Assembly: GCA_964570185.1 (NCBI GenBank) | Contig: CAZMXD010000002.1 | Location: 1-34,022, forward strand | Direction: 5' to 3' | DNA from: an uncultured Nitrospina sp. | GTDB taxonomy: Bacteria > Nitrospinota > Nitrospinia > Nitrospinales > VA-1 | DNA: 34,022 bases | Part shown: piece after piece, positions 1 through 9,294 of the stretch | How positions within the stretch are numbered: position 1 is the first letter of the stretch | Layout of the letters: every line of letters starts with the position of its first letter | Notes under the pieces: generated by a model | The model's input: only the letters and a program-made list of their open reading frames with translations | The model's database searches: none | Told to the model about the DNA's origin: nothing | Program-made: the position numbers and the translations under genes

Positions 1-2
1 AA

Positions 3-404
3 GATCACTTCCTTGACTATACAATCCACGGTATGATGACTTATATAGCGCCGTGGAAAGAGGGAAATGGTTTTGTGGTTGGTTCCACCATGGAAGACCG
101 AGGGTTTGATTCTGCTATTGAAGAAAAAGTAATTGATGCTCTTATTGAAAGAGCGGGAGACATTCTTCCCTGCCTTAAAGAGGCATCTTTAATAGAGTCG
201 TGGACCGGACTTCGTCCTGCAGCAAAAGACTTGATGCCTGTAATGGGAAAAAGTGAAAGATATAATAACCTTTTTTATTCTTCCGGACATTACCGGAATG
301 GAATTTTGCAGACTCCCAATCAGGCCGATTATATGGTTTCTATAATTAAGGGTGGACGGGAAAATGAAATTCCAGAATTTTCCCCTTCTCGTTATAACAT
401 TTAA
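3..404 (+). CDS. thiO: Glycine oxidase ThiO / FAD-dependent D-amino acid oxidase family, C-terminal part (5'-truncated by the window edge)
   Basis: Frame is open from base 3; motifs VVGSTMEDRGF, WTGLRP and GHYRNGIL are typical of the ThiO/DAO C-terminus. Confidence 0.75.
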   Translation, partial: DHFLDYTIHGMMTYIAPWKEGNGFVVGSTMEDRGFDSAIEEKVIDALIERAGDILPCLKEASLIESWTGLRPAAKDLMPVMGKSERYNNLFYSSGHYRNGILQTPNQADYMVSIIKGGRENEIPEFSPSRYNI

Positions 405-417
405 ATCAAAATTCAAA

Positions 418-1770
418 ATGCAGGATCAAAAAACAGAATTTGATTTGGCCCGAGACTTTCAAAATATCTGGCACCCTTGTACGCAACATAAGGATTTTGA
501 AACCATAAAGCCTTTATTGGTGGAACGAGCGGAAGGGGTATACCTTTATGATAGGGAGGGCAAACGATATTTGGATGTGATTTCTTCCTGGTGGGTAAAC
601 TTATTGGGACATAATCATCCCAGACTCAATACGGCTTTAAAAAACCAATTGGATAAAATGGCTCATGTGATGTTCGCCGGTATAACACATCAGCCTGCGA
701 TTGATTTAGCTTCATCTCTCACGGAAGCATCTCCTGATAAATTAAGCAAAGTTTTTTTCTCCGACAACGGCTCGACTTCGGTGGAAGTAGCCTTAAAAAT
801 GAGTTTGCAATATTGGCGGCAAAGCGGGCAAAGTAATAAGACCCGATTTATTTATTTAAAGGGGGGATACCACGGAGAAACATTGGGAGCGTTATCAGTA
901 TGCGGACTGGATATATTTAGAGATAAATTTGAAAAGGTTTTGTCGAGTAACTTGGGTATAGAAGGGCCCGACTGTTTTCGTTGTCCTTATGGTTTGAATC
1001 GAGATAGCTGTCAGGCCGAGTGTTTTGAACCTATGGAAATTGCTTTAGAGGAAAACGATATCGCGGGTGTGATAATTGAGCCTTTAGTGCAAGGGGCCGC
1101 GGGTATGAAAATCTATCCCCCTGTTTATCTAAAAAAACTGCAATCTGCTTGCGATTCTCGTTCGGTTCATTTGATTTTTGATGAGGTTGCGGTGGCGTTT
1201 GGCCGTACTGGTTCTCTTTTTGTATGTGACGAGCTTAATTTTTCCCCGACTTTTTTATGTCTTAGTAAGGGAATTACATCAGGCTACCTACCCCTTGCGG
1301 CGACTTTAACCACAGAAGAAATCTATTCTGCTTTTTACGATGATTTTCCTAGTTGGAAACTGTTCATTCATAGTCACAGTTATTCGGCGAATCCTCTGGC
1401 TTGTTCGGTGGCAAACGAAACATTGGTAATATTAAACGAAAATAATTTCATGCGAAAATTGAGACCCAAAATAAATTTAATAGGGCAATTAGGGAATAAA
1501 ATATTTGAAGAATCGAAATGGTGCGGTGAGTTTCGTCAGCAGGGTATGATAGCCGCATTAGAATTGGTAAGGAATAAAAAGGATAAAGAGCCTTTCCGTC
1601 AAGAAAGTAGGATAGGTTATAAAATTTATTTGGAAGGTCTTAAACGAGGGGTTTTTTTGCGGCCGTTGGGTGATGTGATTTATTTTATTCCACCTTTGGT
1701 AATTTCTGAAGGGGAGATAAAGACGATGATGAATATTGCTCAAGAATGTATCGCGGCGGTTTTAGATTAA
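418..1770 (+). CDS. bioA: Adenosylmethionine-8-amino-7-oxononanoate aminotransferase
   Basis: IWHPCTQ, SSWWVN, DNGSTSVEVALKM, GYHGETLG, DEVAVAFGRTG and the PLP lysine in LSKGITSGYLPL; start moved to ATG 418 to avoid overlap with thiO. Confidence 0.95.
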   Translation: MQDQKTEFDLARDFQNIWHPCTQHKDFETIKPLLVERAEGVYLYDREGKRYLDVISSWWVNLLGHNHPRLNTALKNQLDKMAHVMFAGITHQPAIDLASSLTEASPDKLSKVFFSDNGSTSVEVALKMSLQYWRQSGQSNKTRFIYLKGGYHGETLGALSVCGLDIFRDKFEKVLSSNLGIEGPDCFRCPYGLNRDSCQAECFEPMEIALEENDIAGVIIEPLVQGAAGMKIYPPVYLKKLQSACDSRSVHLIFDEVAVAFGRTGSLFVCDELNFSPTFLCLSKGITSGYLPLAATLTTEEIYSAFYDDFPSWKLFIHSHSYSANPLACSVANETLVILNENNFMRKLRPKINLIGQLGNKIFEESKWCGEFRQQGMIAALELVRNKKDKEPFRQESRIGYKIYLEGLKRGVFLRPLGDVIYFIPPLVISEGEIKTMMNIAQECIAAVLD

Positions 1771-1794
1771 TTTCATTTTTCTATCGAGGTCATT

Positions 1795-2163
1795 ATGTAC
1801 GATGTGACGGTTAAAACAGGTTTTGCTGCCGCCCACCAATTGCGTTTGTATGACGGTAAATATGAAAACTTGCACGGGCATAATTGGACCGCACAGGTAA
1901 CTGTTGAAGCAGATGAACTTGACCCCATTGGCGTGGGCATAGATTTTGTGAAGCTAAAAGATATGGTCGAGAAAGTTTTAAGTCAATTGGATTACCATAA
2001 TATTAATGAAATTCCCCCCTTTGACGAGCAAAATCCTTCCGCAGAAAATATTGCCCGTTGGTTATTTCTGGAATTGAAGGAGCAGATAAATACTGACTCC
2101 ACGCGTATAAAACGAGTAGAAATTTGCGAAATGGAAGGTTGTGGTGCCAGTTATTTTGAATGA
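1795..2163 (+). CDS. queD: QueD/6-pyruvoyl-tetrahydropterin synthase family protein (would conventionally be annotated queD, but the motif is PTPS-III-like)
   Basis: FAAAHQL, LHGHNW, IDF, LDYHNIN, NPSAENIA; GAGG RBS upstream; Tyr occupies the catalytic Cys position (KYENLHGH). Confidence 0.85.
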   Translation: MYDVTVKTGFAAAHQLRLYDGKYENLHGHNWTAQVTVEADELDPIGVGIDFVKLKDMVEKVLSQLDYHNINEIPPFDEQNPSAENIARWLFLELKEQINTDSTRIKRVEICEMEGCGASYFE

Positions 2164-2202
2164 ATTATCCTCTTCTAAAATCCATTCAACTAAATTATTG
2201 AT

Positions 2203-2227
2203 GCGCTGTTTCGAAAGTTTGCAGCGC
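2203..2227 (+). terminator. GC-rich hairpin after the thiO-bioA-PTPS run (possible terminator)
   Basis: gcgctg...cagcgc stem, extendable by AT pairing; no immediate U-tract. Confidence 0.25.
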
Positions 2228-2330
2228 GATAAAATAATTCTCCGATATCTTTGTTTTTTTTTAAAGTTCCATCGGTATAATTAATGCCAGTAACATTATT
2301 TATTCCAGATTTCTACCGAACGGTCTATTT

Positions 2331-4295
2331 ATGGCTCATTTGATTGAAGATCTAGCGGTTTTACTCCTCGTATCCCTGCCGATAAACTTATTATTCCATA
2401 AAATCAAATTACCGTCAGTGATGGGTTACCTTATCGCCGGTGTATTGATTGGACCTTATGGGTGGCAATTGAATGGGGATATTGAGTCTGTCAAGCACCT
2501 TTCTGAACTAGGGGTGATCCTACTTTTATTTGTTATCGGCTTGGAGTTTTCCCTCACTCGTCTTTTAAAGGATCTTGTATCCATTTTGGGAGTGGGCGGG
2601 CTTCAATTGATTCTAACAGTGGGTGTTGTTGCTTGGTTGTTACATATTTACGGGTTTTCACAAAGCAAGAGTATTGCTTTTGGATTCATTATTGCTTTAA
2701 GCAGTACTGCCATTGTTTTAAAAATGATTACGGACCTTGCAGAGATAGATACGCTTCAAGGCAAGCTTTGTATAGGCACTCTTTTGTTCCAAGACATTTG
2801 CGTCGTTCCTATAATGCTTGTTATGCCTCTGCTTGCTCAGGCGGGAGCTACTTCTCCCATAGATTTTGCCATTGCGATACTCGAGTCTGTTGCCGCGGTG
2901 ATTGCTATATTCTTTCTTTCTAAGCTAATTGTTCCCAGGACGTTGGCTTGGGTTGCGCATATAGGCAACAAGGAGCACCTAACTCTTTTTGTGATTTTTA
3001 TAATCCTCATTACGGGTTGGATTTCTCAAAAGATGGGGTTGACTTTAGCCATGGGTGCCTTGATTGCCGGAATGATAATTTCAGACTCTGAATACAACCA
3101 CCAAATAATTCTCGACATCCTTCCTCTTCGCGATTATTTCAGTAGTATATTTTTCATCTCAATTGGGATGCTTTTGCAAATTCAGATATTTTTTGATTCT
3201 TTCTTGTTTTTTCTGGGGCTTGCGGCAGCGGTTGTTTTAGTAAAAATATTTATTACGTTTTTATCATGTGTTTTTGTTCGAACCCCGCTCAGAATTTCTT
3301 TGATTGTTGGAATGAGACTAGCTCAGGTTGGAGAGTTTTCACTGATTCTAGCCGCAATTGGCCTGGAGAAAGGAATTTTTGATAACGAGCAATATCAATA
3401 TTTATTAATCGTATCTATTTTATCGATGCTGGTCGCTCCTTTGCTCATTCAAGTTTCCAATAAGTTTTCTATTTGGTTTTTTTCTGGGATGAAGGCGCCT
3501 GAACCAAATAGGGAAGAAAAAGAAACTTTTTCGGATCATGTTATTATTTCGGGTTACGGATTGGGAGGCAGGACGCTGGCTAAAGTTCTGCAGGAAGCTA
3601 AAATACCTTTTGTAATTTTAGAATTAAGTGGCGAAAAAATAAAGCGCGCTTTGAAGGAAGGTCACAAGACATATTACGGAGATTGTGCTCAAGAGGATAC
3701 GCTTTTAAGGGTGGATGTAAAACGAGCGCGGATGATTGTCTACTCGATTAGTGATCAGGTGAGCACTGAAAGAGCCGTGCGTTTGACACGTAAATTGAAT
3801 CCCCAAATAAAAATCATTGTAAGAACCCGACTTTTTTCTCAAGTGGAAGAGTTTAAAACAGCCGGCGCTGATGAAGTTATCCCCGAAGAATTTGAAACCT
3901 CCATTGAAATCTTTTGCAGAGTTTTAAGGGATTACAGGATTCCGAACAATATTATTGAGCAGCAGGTGGAGTTGATTCGTTTGGAAGGCTACAGTATGCT
4001 CCGAGGACTGTCTCTCAACATGGAGAGTTTGAAAAAGTTTTCAACTTATTTGACTGCAACCTTGACAGAGTCCCATATGATTTTGAATGACTCGTGGGCT
4101 TGCGGCAAAACTTTGGCTGAGATAAATATTAAATCAGGGGCTATTATTATTGCCGTGGTTAGAAATAATAAGTCGCATCCTAATCCCGGGCCTGAGTTTT
4201 TAATTTTGGCCCGCGATATGCTCATCTTGTTCGGTAGTCATATTCAATTAAATAATGCGATTAAAAATCTTCAAGAAGGCTCTCGGGATAAGTAG
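2331..4295 (+). CDS. Kef-type CPA2 monovalent cation:proton antiporter with TrkA-N and TrkA-C domains
   Basis: Many TM segments; GVILLLFVIGLEFS, LSSTAIVLK, LLFQDI, LAQVGEFS; Rossmann motif HVIISGYGLGG; C-terminal IIAVVRNN..PNPGP. Confidence 0.92.
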   Translation: MAHLIEDLAVLLLVSLPINLLFHKIKLPSVMGYLIAGVLIGPYGWQLNGDIESVKHLSELGVILLLFVIGLEFSLTRLLKDLVSILGVGGLQLILTVGVVAWLLHIYGFSQSKSIAFGFIIALSSTAIVLKMITDLAEIDTLQGKLCIGTLLFQDICVVPIMLVMPLLAQAGATSPIDFAIAILESVAAVIAIFFLSKLIVPRTLAWVAHIGNKEHLTLFVIFIILITGWISQKMGLTLAMGALIAGMIISDSEYNHQIILDILPLRDYFSSIFFISIGMLLQIQIFFDSFLFFLGLAAAVVLVKIFITFLSCVFVRTPLRISLIVGMRLAQVGEFSLILAAIGLEKGIFDNEQYQYLLIVSILSMLVAPLLIQVSNKFSIWFFSGMKAPEPNREEKETFSDHVIISGYGLGGRTLAKVLQEAKIPFVILELSGEKIKRALKEGHKTYYGDCAQEDTLLRVDVKRARMIVYSISDQVSTERAVRLTRKLNPQIKIIVRTRLFSQVEEFKTAGADEVIPEEFETSIEIFCRVLRDYRIPNNIIEQQVELIRLEGYSMLRGLSLNMESLKKFSTYLTATLTESHMILNDSWACGKTLAEINIKSGAIIIAVVRNNKSHPNPGPEFLILARDMLILFGSHIQLNNAIKNLQEGSRDK

Positions 4296-4307
4296 TATTT
4301 CTCTCTT

Positions 4308-5045
4308 ATGAAAAACTCAATTACACAGGCCGTAATACTTGCCGCGGGAATGGGATCGCGTCTTAAGGAATTGAATAAAGGTCTTCCAAAAGGTTTTATA
4401 AGGATTGGGGGTGTCCCGATTATTGAACATTCTGTCAAAGCTTTATTGGCTTATGGTATTGAGGAAATTATTATTGTAACGGGTTATATGAATGAGCATT
4501 ATGAGAATTTTTCCGTTCAATGCCCTCAAATAAAAACAGTCCGAAATGAAAAATTTTCAGAAACAGGAACCATGTATTCTTTATGGTGCGCCCAAAAACT
4601 TATCAGCTCGGATTTCATTTTGTTGGAATCAGATCTGATTTTTGAGGCTAAAGCTATTCAGGAAATAATAGAATCACCCTATGATGATTGCATATTGATT
4701 TCGGGAAAAACGGAAGCCGGAGACGAAGTTTTTGTAACCGCAGAAGAAAATATAGTTAAAAACATATCCAAAGACAGGCCATCGTTGGGCGCGTTGGTCG
4801 GTGAATTTGTCGGCATCTCCAAAATAAGTAATGATTTTTATAAATTTATGATTCAAATGGCTGAAGATAAATTTCAGTCAAATTTAAAAAGCAATTATGA
4901 CACTGATTGTTTTGTTGCCGTTTCTGATATAAGGCAGTTGAGTTATTTGAAAATAGAAAACCTTTTATGGGCTGAAATTGATAATGAAGCACAGTTAAAT
5001 AACGCGTATAAAGTTTGGGAAAGAATAATAAAGCGGAATTCCTGA
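4308..5045 (+). CDS. Phosphocholine/phosphonate cytidylyltransferase (LicC-like NTP transferase)
   Basis: AVILAAGMGSRL, LPKG, GTMYSLW, FILLESDL, WAEID. Confidence 0.8.
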   Translation: MKNSITQAVILAAGMGSRLKELNKGLPKGFIRIGGVPIIEHSVKALLAYGIEEIIIVTGYMNEHYENFSVQCPQIKTVRNEKFSETGTMYSLWCAQKLISSDFILLESDLIFEAKAIQEIIESPYDDCILISGKTEAGDEVFVTAEENIVKNISKDRPSLGALVGEFVGISKISNDFYKFMIQMAEDKFQSNLKSNYDTDCFVAVSDIRQLSYLKIENLLWAEIDNEAQLNNAYKVWERIIKRNS

Positions 5046-5068
5046 AACTTTTAGTATGGTCTGAAGCT

Positions 5069-5728
5069 TTACTTAAATTCGTATTCGGTTTTTGACATCC
5101 AGACAATAGGAATAGATTCGGGAAGCAGGGTTTCTTGATCAATAAAAGCTGTTTCAACTTGCTCAGGAGTGAGATTTAACGCTGACTTGAGATTGGCACC
5201 AGAAAGGTCAGCATGATTCAGGTAAGTATTATATAAATTTGTTCCTGTAAGGTCGGATCCCGCCAAATCAGCGGCGATAAGTTCTGAGTTAGTAAAATCG
5301 GCACCAGAAAGGTTTGCGTTTGCCAGAAATGCCCCAGTCAAGTTGACTTCACTAAGATCGGCATTTTTCAAAGTGGAGCCGATTAAATTTGCGCCTTCAA
5401 TATTCGATTCCTTAAGGTTTGCCTGACTGAAGTTTGCGCCGCTTAAATTTGCCTCGACCAGATTGGCCTGCGTTAAAACAGTATTTGAAAAATCTGTATT
5501 TTTAGCTCTGCAGCGATATAAAACAGCGCGGTGAAGGTTAGCGCTTTTTAAGGTGGCGGCACTTAAATCAGCTCCGCAAAGGTCGGCTTCCGACAAGTCA
5601 GATTCTTCAAGACAGGCTTCGATCAATATTCCATCACTGAGGTCTGCTTCTTGGAGTTGGGCCCTCTTTAAATTTGCGGTTTGTAGAGATTTTTTGGAAG
5701 CTTCGGCTTTTTGTTTATCGAAAGTCAT
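5069..5728 (-). CDS. Pentapeptide repeat protein
   Basis: Long run of A(D/N)Lxx pentapeptides; C-terminal cap ALNLTPEQV...ETLLP. Confidence 0.92.
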   Translation of the reverse strand: MTFDKQKAEASKKSLQTANLKRAQLQEADLSDGILIEACLEESDLSEADLCGADLSAATLKSANLHRAVLYRCRAKNTDFSNTVLTQANLVEANLSGANFSQANLKESNIEGANLIGSTLKNADLSEVNLTGAFLANANLSGADFTNSELIAADLAGSDLTGTNLYNTYLNHADLSGANLKSALNLTPEQVETAFIDQETLLPESIPIVWMSKTEYEFK

Positions 5729-5864
5729 TAAAATAATACAAATAATTTAAGGATTAACAGGCTAATTCCAGTTCTTCATTTCGTCAATAGGCATTTTTTT
5801 GGTAATTGAGTGTATACTTGTTAAATTTTATGACGGACTTTGTTTTGAATCTTTTGAGGGCTTA

Positions 5865-6383
5865 ATGAAAAAATTTAATAAAAAGAAAAATTTAATTTGG
5901 TTAATGCTAATTATTGTCCTACTGATTACAACTGTAACACTAGTTTTTTCTGAAACCGAAAAAGAGAGAGACATCATAAAACTACTGGAAGTCTCCGGCA
6001 TTCGAAAACAATTAAGCTATATGCAAGATACATTGACGAACTCGATGTCTATGATGATTTCCGGATCTTTTCCCAAGGTTCCCGATGAATTTTGGAAAGA
6101 GTTCAATCAATTGATAGGTAAAAAAGAAATGGATGATCTGGTGCAAAAAGTCATTCCTGTTTATGACAAGCATATGTCTCATGAAACTGTGAAAAAGCTG
6201 ATTGAAATGTTTGAAACACCTTTCTGGGAAGAATGGAAAGAAAACATGCCACAAATCAGCCGTGAAGCGGGATTAATTGGCAGTGAATGGGGCAAGGAAA
6301 TTTCCGAATCACCTGCGTTTAATAAAAAATTAGATGAATTGGTTAAAAAATATGAGTTGGAAAAAATAAACAAAAAAAATTAA
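5865..6383 (+). CDS. DUF2059-domain exported protein
   Basis: GAGGG RBS before ATG 5865; basic then hydrophobic N-terminus; VIPVYDKHMSHETVKKLIEMFETP motif. Confidence 0.75.
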   Translation: MKKFNKKKNLIWLMLIIVLLITTVTLVFSETEKERDIIKLLEVSGIRKQLSYMQDTLTNSMSMMISGSFPKVPDEFWKEFNQLIGKKEMDDLVQKVIPVYDKHMSHETVKKLIEMFETPFWEEWKENMPQISREAGLIGSEWGKEISESPAFNKKLDELVKKYELEKINKKN

Positions 6384-6640
6384 ATTAGTACCGCTATATA
6401 ATTTTATTTAATAGTTATTTTAATTTTCTTCTTGGATGGAAAAAGTTATACGAAAGCCTTAGATATAATGCCTTTATTGGGGTTATGAGTATAATATCTT
6501 ACTAGCTATAGGATAAATAACTATATGTAAATAAGTTTTAATACTACCATAAAAATAATTTTAGTCTGATATTGGTTGAGCCTTTAACTATATAGAATCA
6601 GTGTTGTAGATTTTAAAACAATTAAGGATCTGCTTAAACA

Positions 6641-7000
6641 TTGATTCGTTACGCTAAAACAACACTTTTTGCTATATTATTCTTCTCGGCAATATCTGAA
6701 GCCGATTCGGGTGTGATCAATCTTGGTCCGCTAGAGAAAAAAACTGGGTACCAAAAGGTATACCAGGATGCGTATGTTGAAATCAGCAATTCCTTTAGTT
6801 CTGTTTTATATAATATTACGGTAACAGAATCCCCATCTCAAAAAAGAGTTCTGTTTATTGATGATTTCCAGTCCGGACAGTCTTTTGAGATATCTTTTGC
6901 TAAAGCGGGCAAATATGAAATTTGTTATTCCAGCGAGAAACGGATAAGTAGCTTGCGAACTTGTTTGAAAGTAGATGTTTTAAAAGCTAAATTAATCTAA
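6641..7000 (+). CDS. Exported hypothetical protein, possibly cupredoxin-like fold
   Basis: Signal peptide; AAGGA upstream of TTG; SGQSFEISFAKAGKYEICY resembles cupredoxin C-terminal strands. Confidence 0.55.
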   Translation: MIRYAKTTLFAILFFSAISEADSGVINLGPLEKKTGYQKVYQDAYVEISNSFSSVLYNITVTESPSQKRVLFIDDFQSGQSFEISFAKAGKYEICYSSEKRISSLRTCLKVDVLKAKLI

Positions 7001-7053
7001 GCCTTCAAATATTTAAAGACAGACTTTTTTGCCAACCTAGTAGAAGACTTTTC

Positions 7054-8001
7054 CTATTTAATTACTTGCCAAAGTGAGTCCACAAAATATTGTCTGGAAT
7101 CATAAAAATTCTCTTTAATTTTAAACCCGGATTCAAAGGCTAGTTCTTCTATTTCTTGAATGGAATATTTTAAGGATTGCTCGGTTTGCATTGCCTCCCA
7201 TTCGACGAATTCAAAGGTTTTATTCAAAGCCTTAATGTAAACGGTTTGATTACAGGTGCTATATAAAAAACATTCTACGGCTTTCGAGTCCGGATTATAG
7301 TGGCTTTGTTGTACAAAGAACTTTTTGTCAAAATTCCCGCCAAGACATTCATTGATCCTATCTAAAAGATGCAAATTAAACTCTTCAAATAATTTATCAT
7401 TATACGATTGATTAAGGAGTTTGGGATTCTTCATAAGATCGAACCCGATCAATAATAAGTCGTCTTGTCTCAATGATTGGTAAAGGTTATTTAGGAATAA
7501 TTTGGCATCCGGGATATCCATATTATTAAGTGTTACACCTAAAAATAAAACCATTTTCCTTGCTCTATCATGGTTGGATATTGAGGCTAGACCTTCAAAA
7601 TAATCACCCACCCATCCCGTTATTTTTAAAGAAGAGCCGATAAAATTTTGGTTGAGTGTGTTAGTCAGGTTGTTGATGGCCCCTTCAGAAATATCTATGG
7701 GAGTGTATTGAACCTTAGTTCCGTCTCCGAGTAGTTGCTTTATGAGGACGGAGGTTTTTTTGCCGTCTCCCGAGCCTAATTCAACTAAATGACTTGGAAT
7801 GCCGGAAAATATTTTTGAGAGTTTGGATTTGTGTGTATCAAATATTTCCATTTCACATTTCGATGGATGATAGTTGTCCAACTGTGTGATTTGATTGAAA
7901 ATTTCACTTCCCTTTGAATCAAAAATTAACCAAGAGGGGAGTTTCTTTTTTTCAAGAGAAAGCCCCTTGAGAACGGCATCTTCAATTGTTTTTGTTTTCA
8001 T
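7054..8001 (-). CDS. egtD: EgtD-family (histidine N-alpha-methyltransferase-like) SAM methyltransferase with a divergent active site
   Basis: KKLPSW..FDSKGSEIF.QIT, LVELGSGDGKKT, YTPIDIS, LLIGFDL.K, FNL.LL.RIN..LGGNFD, TEQSLKY. Confidence 0.85.
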   Translation of the reverse strand: MKTKTIEDAVLKGLSLEKKKLPSWLIFDSKGSEIFNQITQLDNYHPSKCEMEIFDTHKSKLSKIFSGIPSHLVELGSGDGKKTSVLIKQLLGDGTKVQYTPIDISEGAINNLTNTLNQNFIGSSLKITGWVGDYFEGLASISNHDRARKMVLFLGVTLNNMDIPDAKLFLNNLYQSLRQDDLLLIGFDLMKNPKLLNQSYNDKLFEEFNLHLLDRINECLGGNFDKKFFVQQSHYNPDSKAVECFLYSTCNQTVYIKALNKTFEFVEWEAMQTEQSLKYSIQEIEELAFESGFKIKENFYDSRQYFVDSLWQVIK

Positions 8002-8079
8002 CTTCTAGAATATTGTTATGTTTTAGAGGTGTTTGATTAACAATGCATTAATTTAAAATTAACAAGAAATTACGGAAAC

Positions 8080-8108
8080 TTGACCTTCGAAAATACGTTT
8101 GTTATATT
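8080..8108 (+). promoter_or_regulatory. Sigma70-type promoter for the diiron enzyme gene
   Basis: TTGACC (8080-8085), 17-nt spacer, TATATT (8103-8108), with an extended -10 TG at 8100-8101. Confidence 0.6.
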
Positions 8109-8111
8109 ACC

Positions 8112-8127
8112 TATATATATATATATA
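8112..8127. repeat. (TA)8 dinucleotide tract
   Basis: tatatatatatatata read directly in the divergent intergenic region. Confidence 0.9.
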
Positions 8128-8226
8128 AAGCGTTTGTCCAGATTGACTGAAAAATGATTAAGCTTTTCAAGACTAATTGATAGACCCTAATGGTTCCGCC
8201 TTATTAAATCAAATACTAGAAATCAG

Positions 8227-9288
8227 TTGTATCCATATGATAAGGCCGAACAGGATTTTGTTTCCTTATTAAATCATGCGGATCTTGATGAAAAACTTGC
8301 AATCGAGCCCCATACCGCACAACCTTTCAACGAAAAAATCTACGATGCCTTGAGTGCGGCGTTTTTAAGTGACAATGAATCCGCACACATTTTTGTTCAA
8401 AGATGTTTATACCGTATCAATCGATTAAAACTTTTTTGGTACGATGAATTAAATAACTATTCAAATGAAAACTCACGCTTTCTTTTTGATCTTCGCGTAA
8501 AAATTGAAAAAAAATGGTCTGCTTGGGAAGAAAATCAAATTCCCTCTGAAAGTTTGCAAAGGACAGATGTTTTTCAATCATTATGTGAAAGAGCGGGAGA
8601 AGATCTTAATCCGGACCTGACGGAAGAAGGGCGTTATATTCGTGACCGTATTTCCGAACCAGGCTATAGGCGGCTTCTATCTATTGCCTCGCTGGATGGA
8701 TTGGTGGAGGCAAGTCAGCTATCCAGAGTGTTGGGAGGGGCTGGATCGGAAGTGCAGCTAATGTTGGCAAAAATTTTATGGGAAGAATATGGTGGAGGCA
8801 AATTCGAGAGAAAACATTCTTCTCATTTTGCTGCCATGATGGAAGAACTTGGATTGGATCCAAGACCCGAGGCTTATTTTGAAATGGTTCCTTGGGAAGT
8901 ATTAGCTAATATAAATCATTCATTTTCTTTGTCTGAGCAAAAACGAAAATTTTTAAGATATATTGGTGGTCTGTTGTATATCGAGATATCTGTTCCCGCA
9001 TCATTTAAGAATAATAAATTGGCGGGGCAGCGTTTAGGTTTGAGTTCTAAAGCCACTAGTTATTGGGATATTCATATTAAAGAGGATATCCGTCATGGAC
9101 AATGGATGCTTAGGGATGTTGCCCTGCCATTGGTTGATATGTATAAGAATGATGCGTGGGAAATTTTATTAGGTTACGACCAACAAAAATTTTTATCCGC
9201 AAGAGCCACAGCCGCTATTGTTACTAGCATACGTAAAGCCGAGAACGATCCCGCAACAATTAATGAAAAAATCGAATCCGTAGTATAA
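8227..9288 (+). CDS. Iron-containing redox enzyme family protein (heme-oxygenase-like diiron oxidase, HDO)
   Basis: Ligand pattern EEYGGG..RKH, YIE and YWDIHIKEDIRH (E..H / E / HxxxDxxH); TTG start uncertain. Confidence 0.85.
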   Translation: MYPYDKAEQDFVSLLNHADLDEKLAIEPHTAQPFNEKIYDALSAAFLSDNESAHIFVQRCLYRINRLKLFWYDELNNYSNENSRFLFDLRVKIEKKWSAWEENQIPSESLQRTDVFQSLCERAGEDLNPDLTEEGRYIRDRISEPGYRRLLSIASLDGLVEASQLSRVLGGAGSEVQLMLAKILWEEYGGGKFERKHSSHFAAMMEELGLDPRPEAYFEMVPWEVLANINHSFSLSEQKRKFLRYIGGLLYIEISVPASFKNNKLAGQRLGLSSKATSYWDIHIKEDIRHGQWMLRDVALPLVDMYKNDAWEILLGYDQQKFLSARATAAIVTSIRKAENDPATINEKIESVV

Positions 9289-9294
9289 TTCCTC

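Noticed and set aside
352-417. Longer bioA start from the ORF track
   Set aside because: Overlaps thiO by 53 nt; family similarity begins after ATG 418
2164-2330. Riboswitch upstream of the Kef antiporter
   Set aside because: Only a simple hairpin; no c-di-AMP, preQ1 or other aptamer motif recognised
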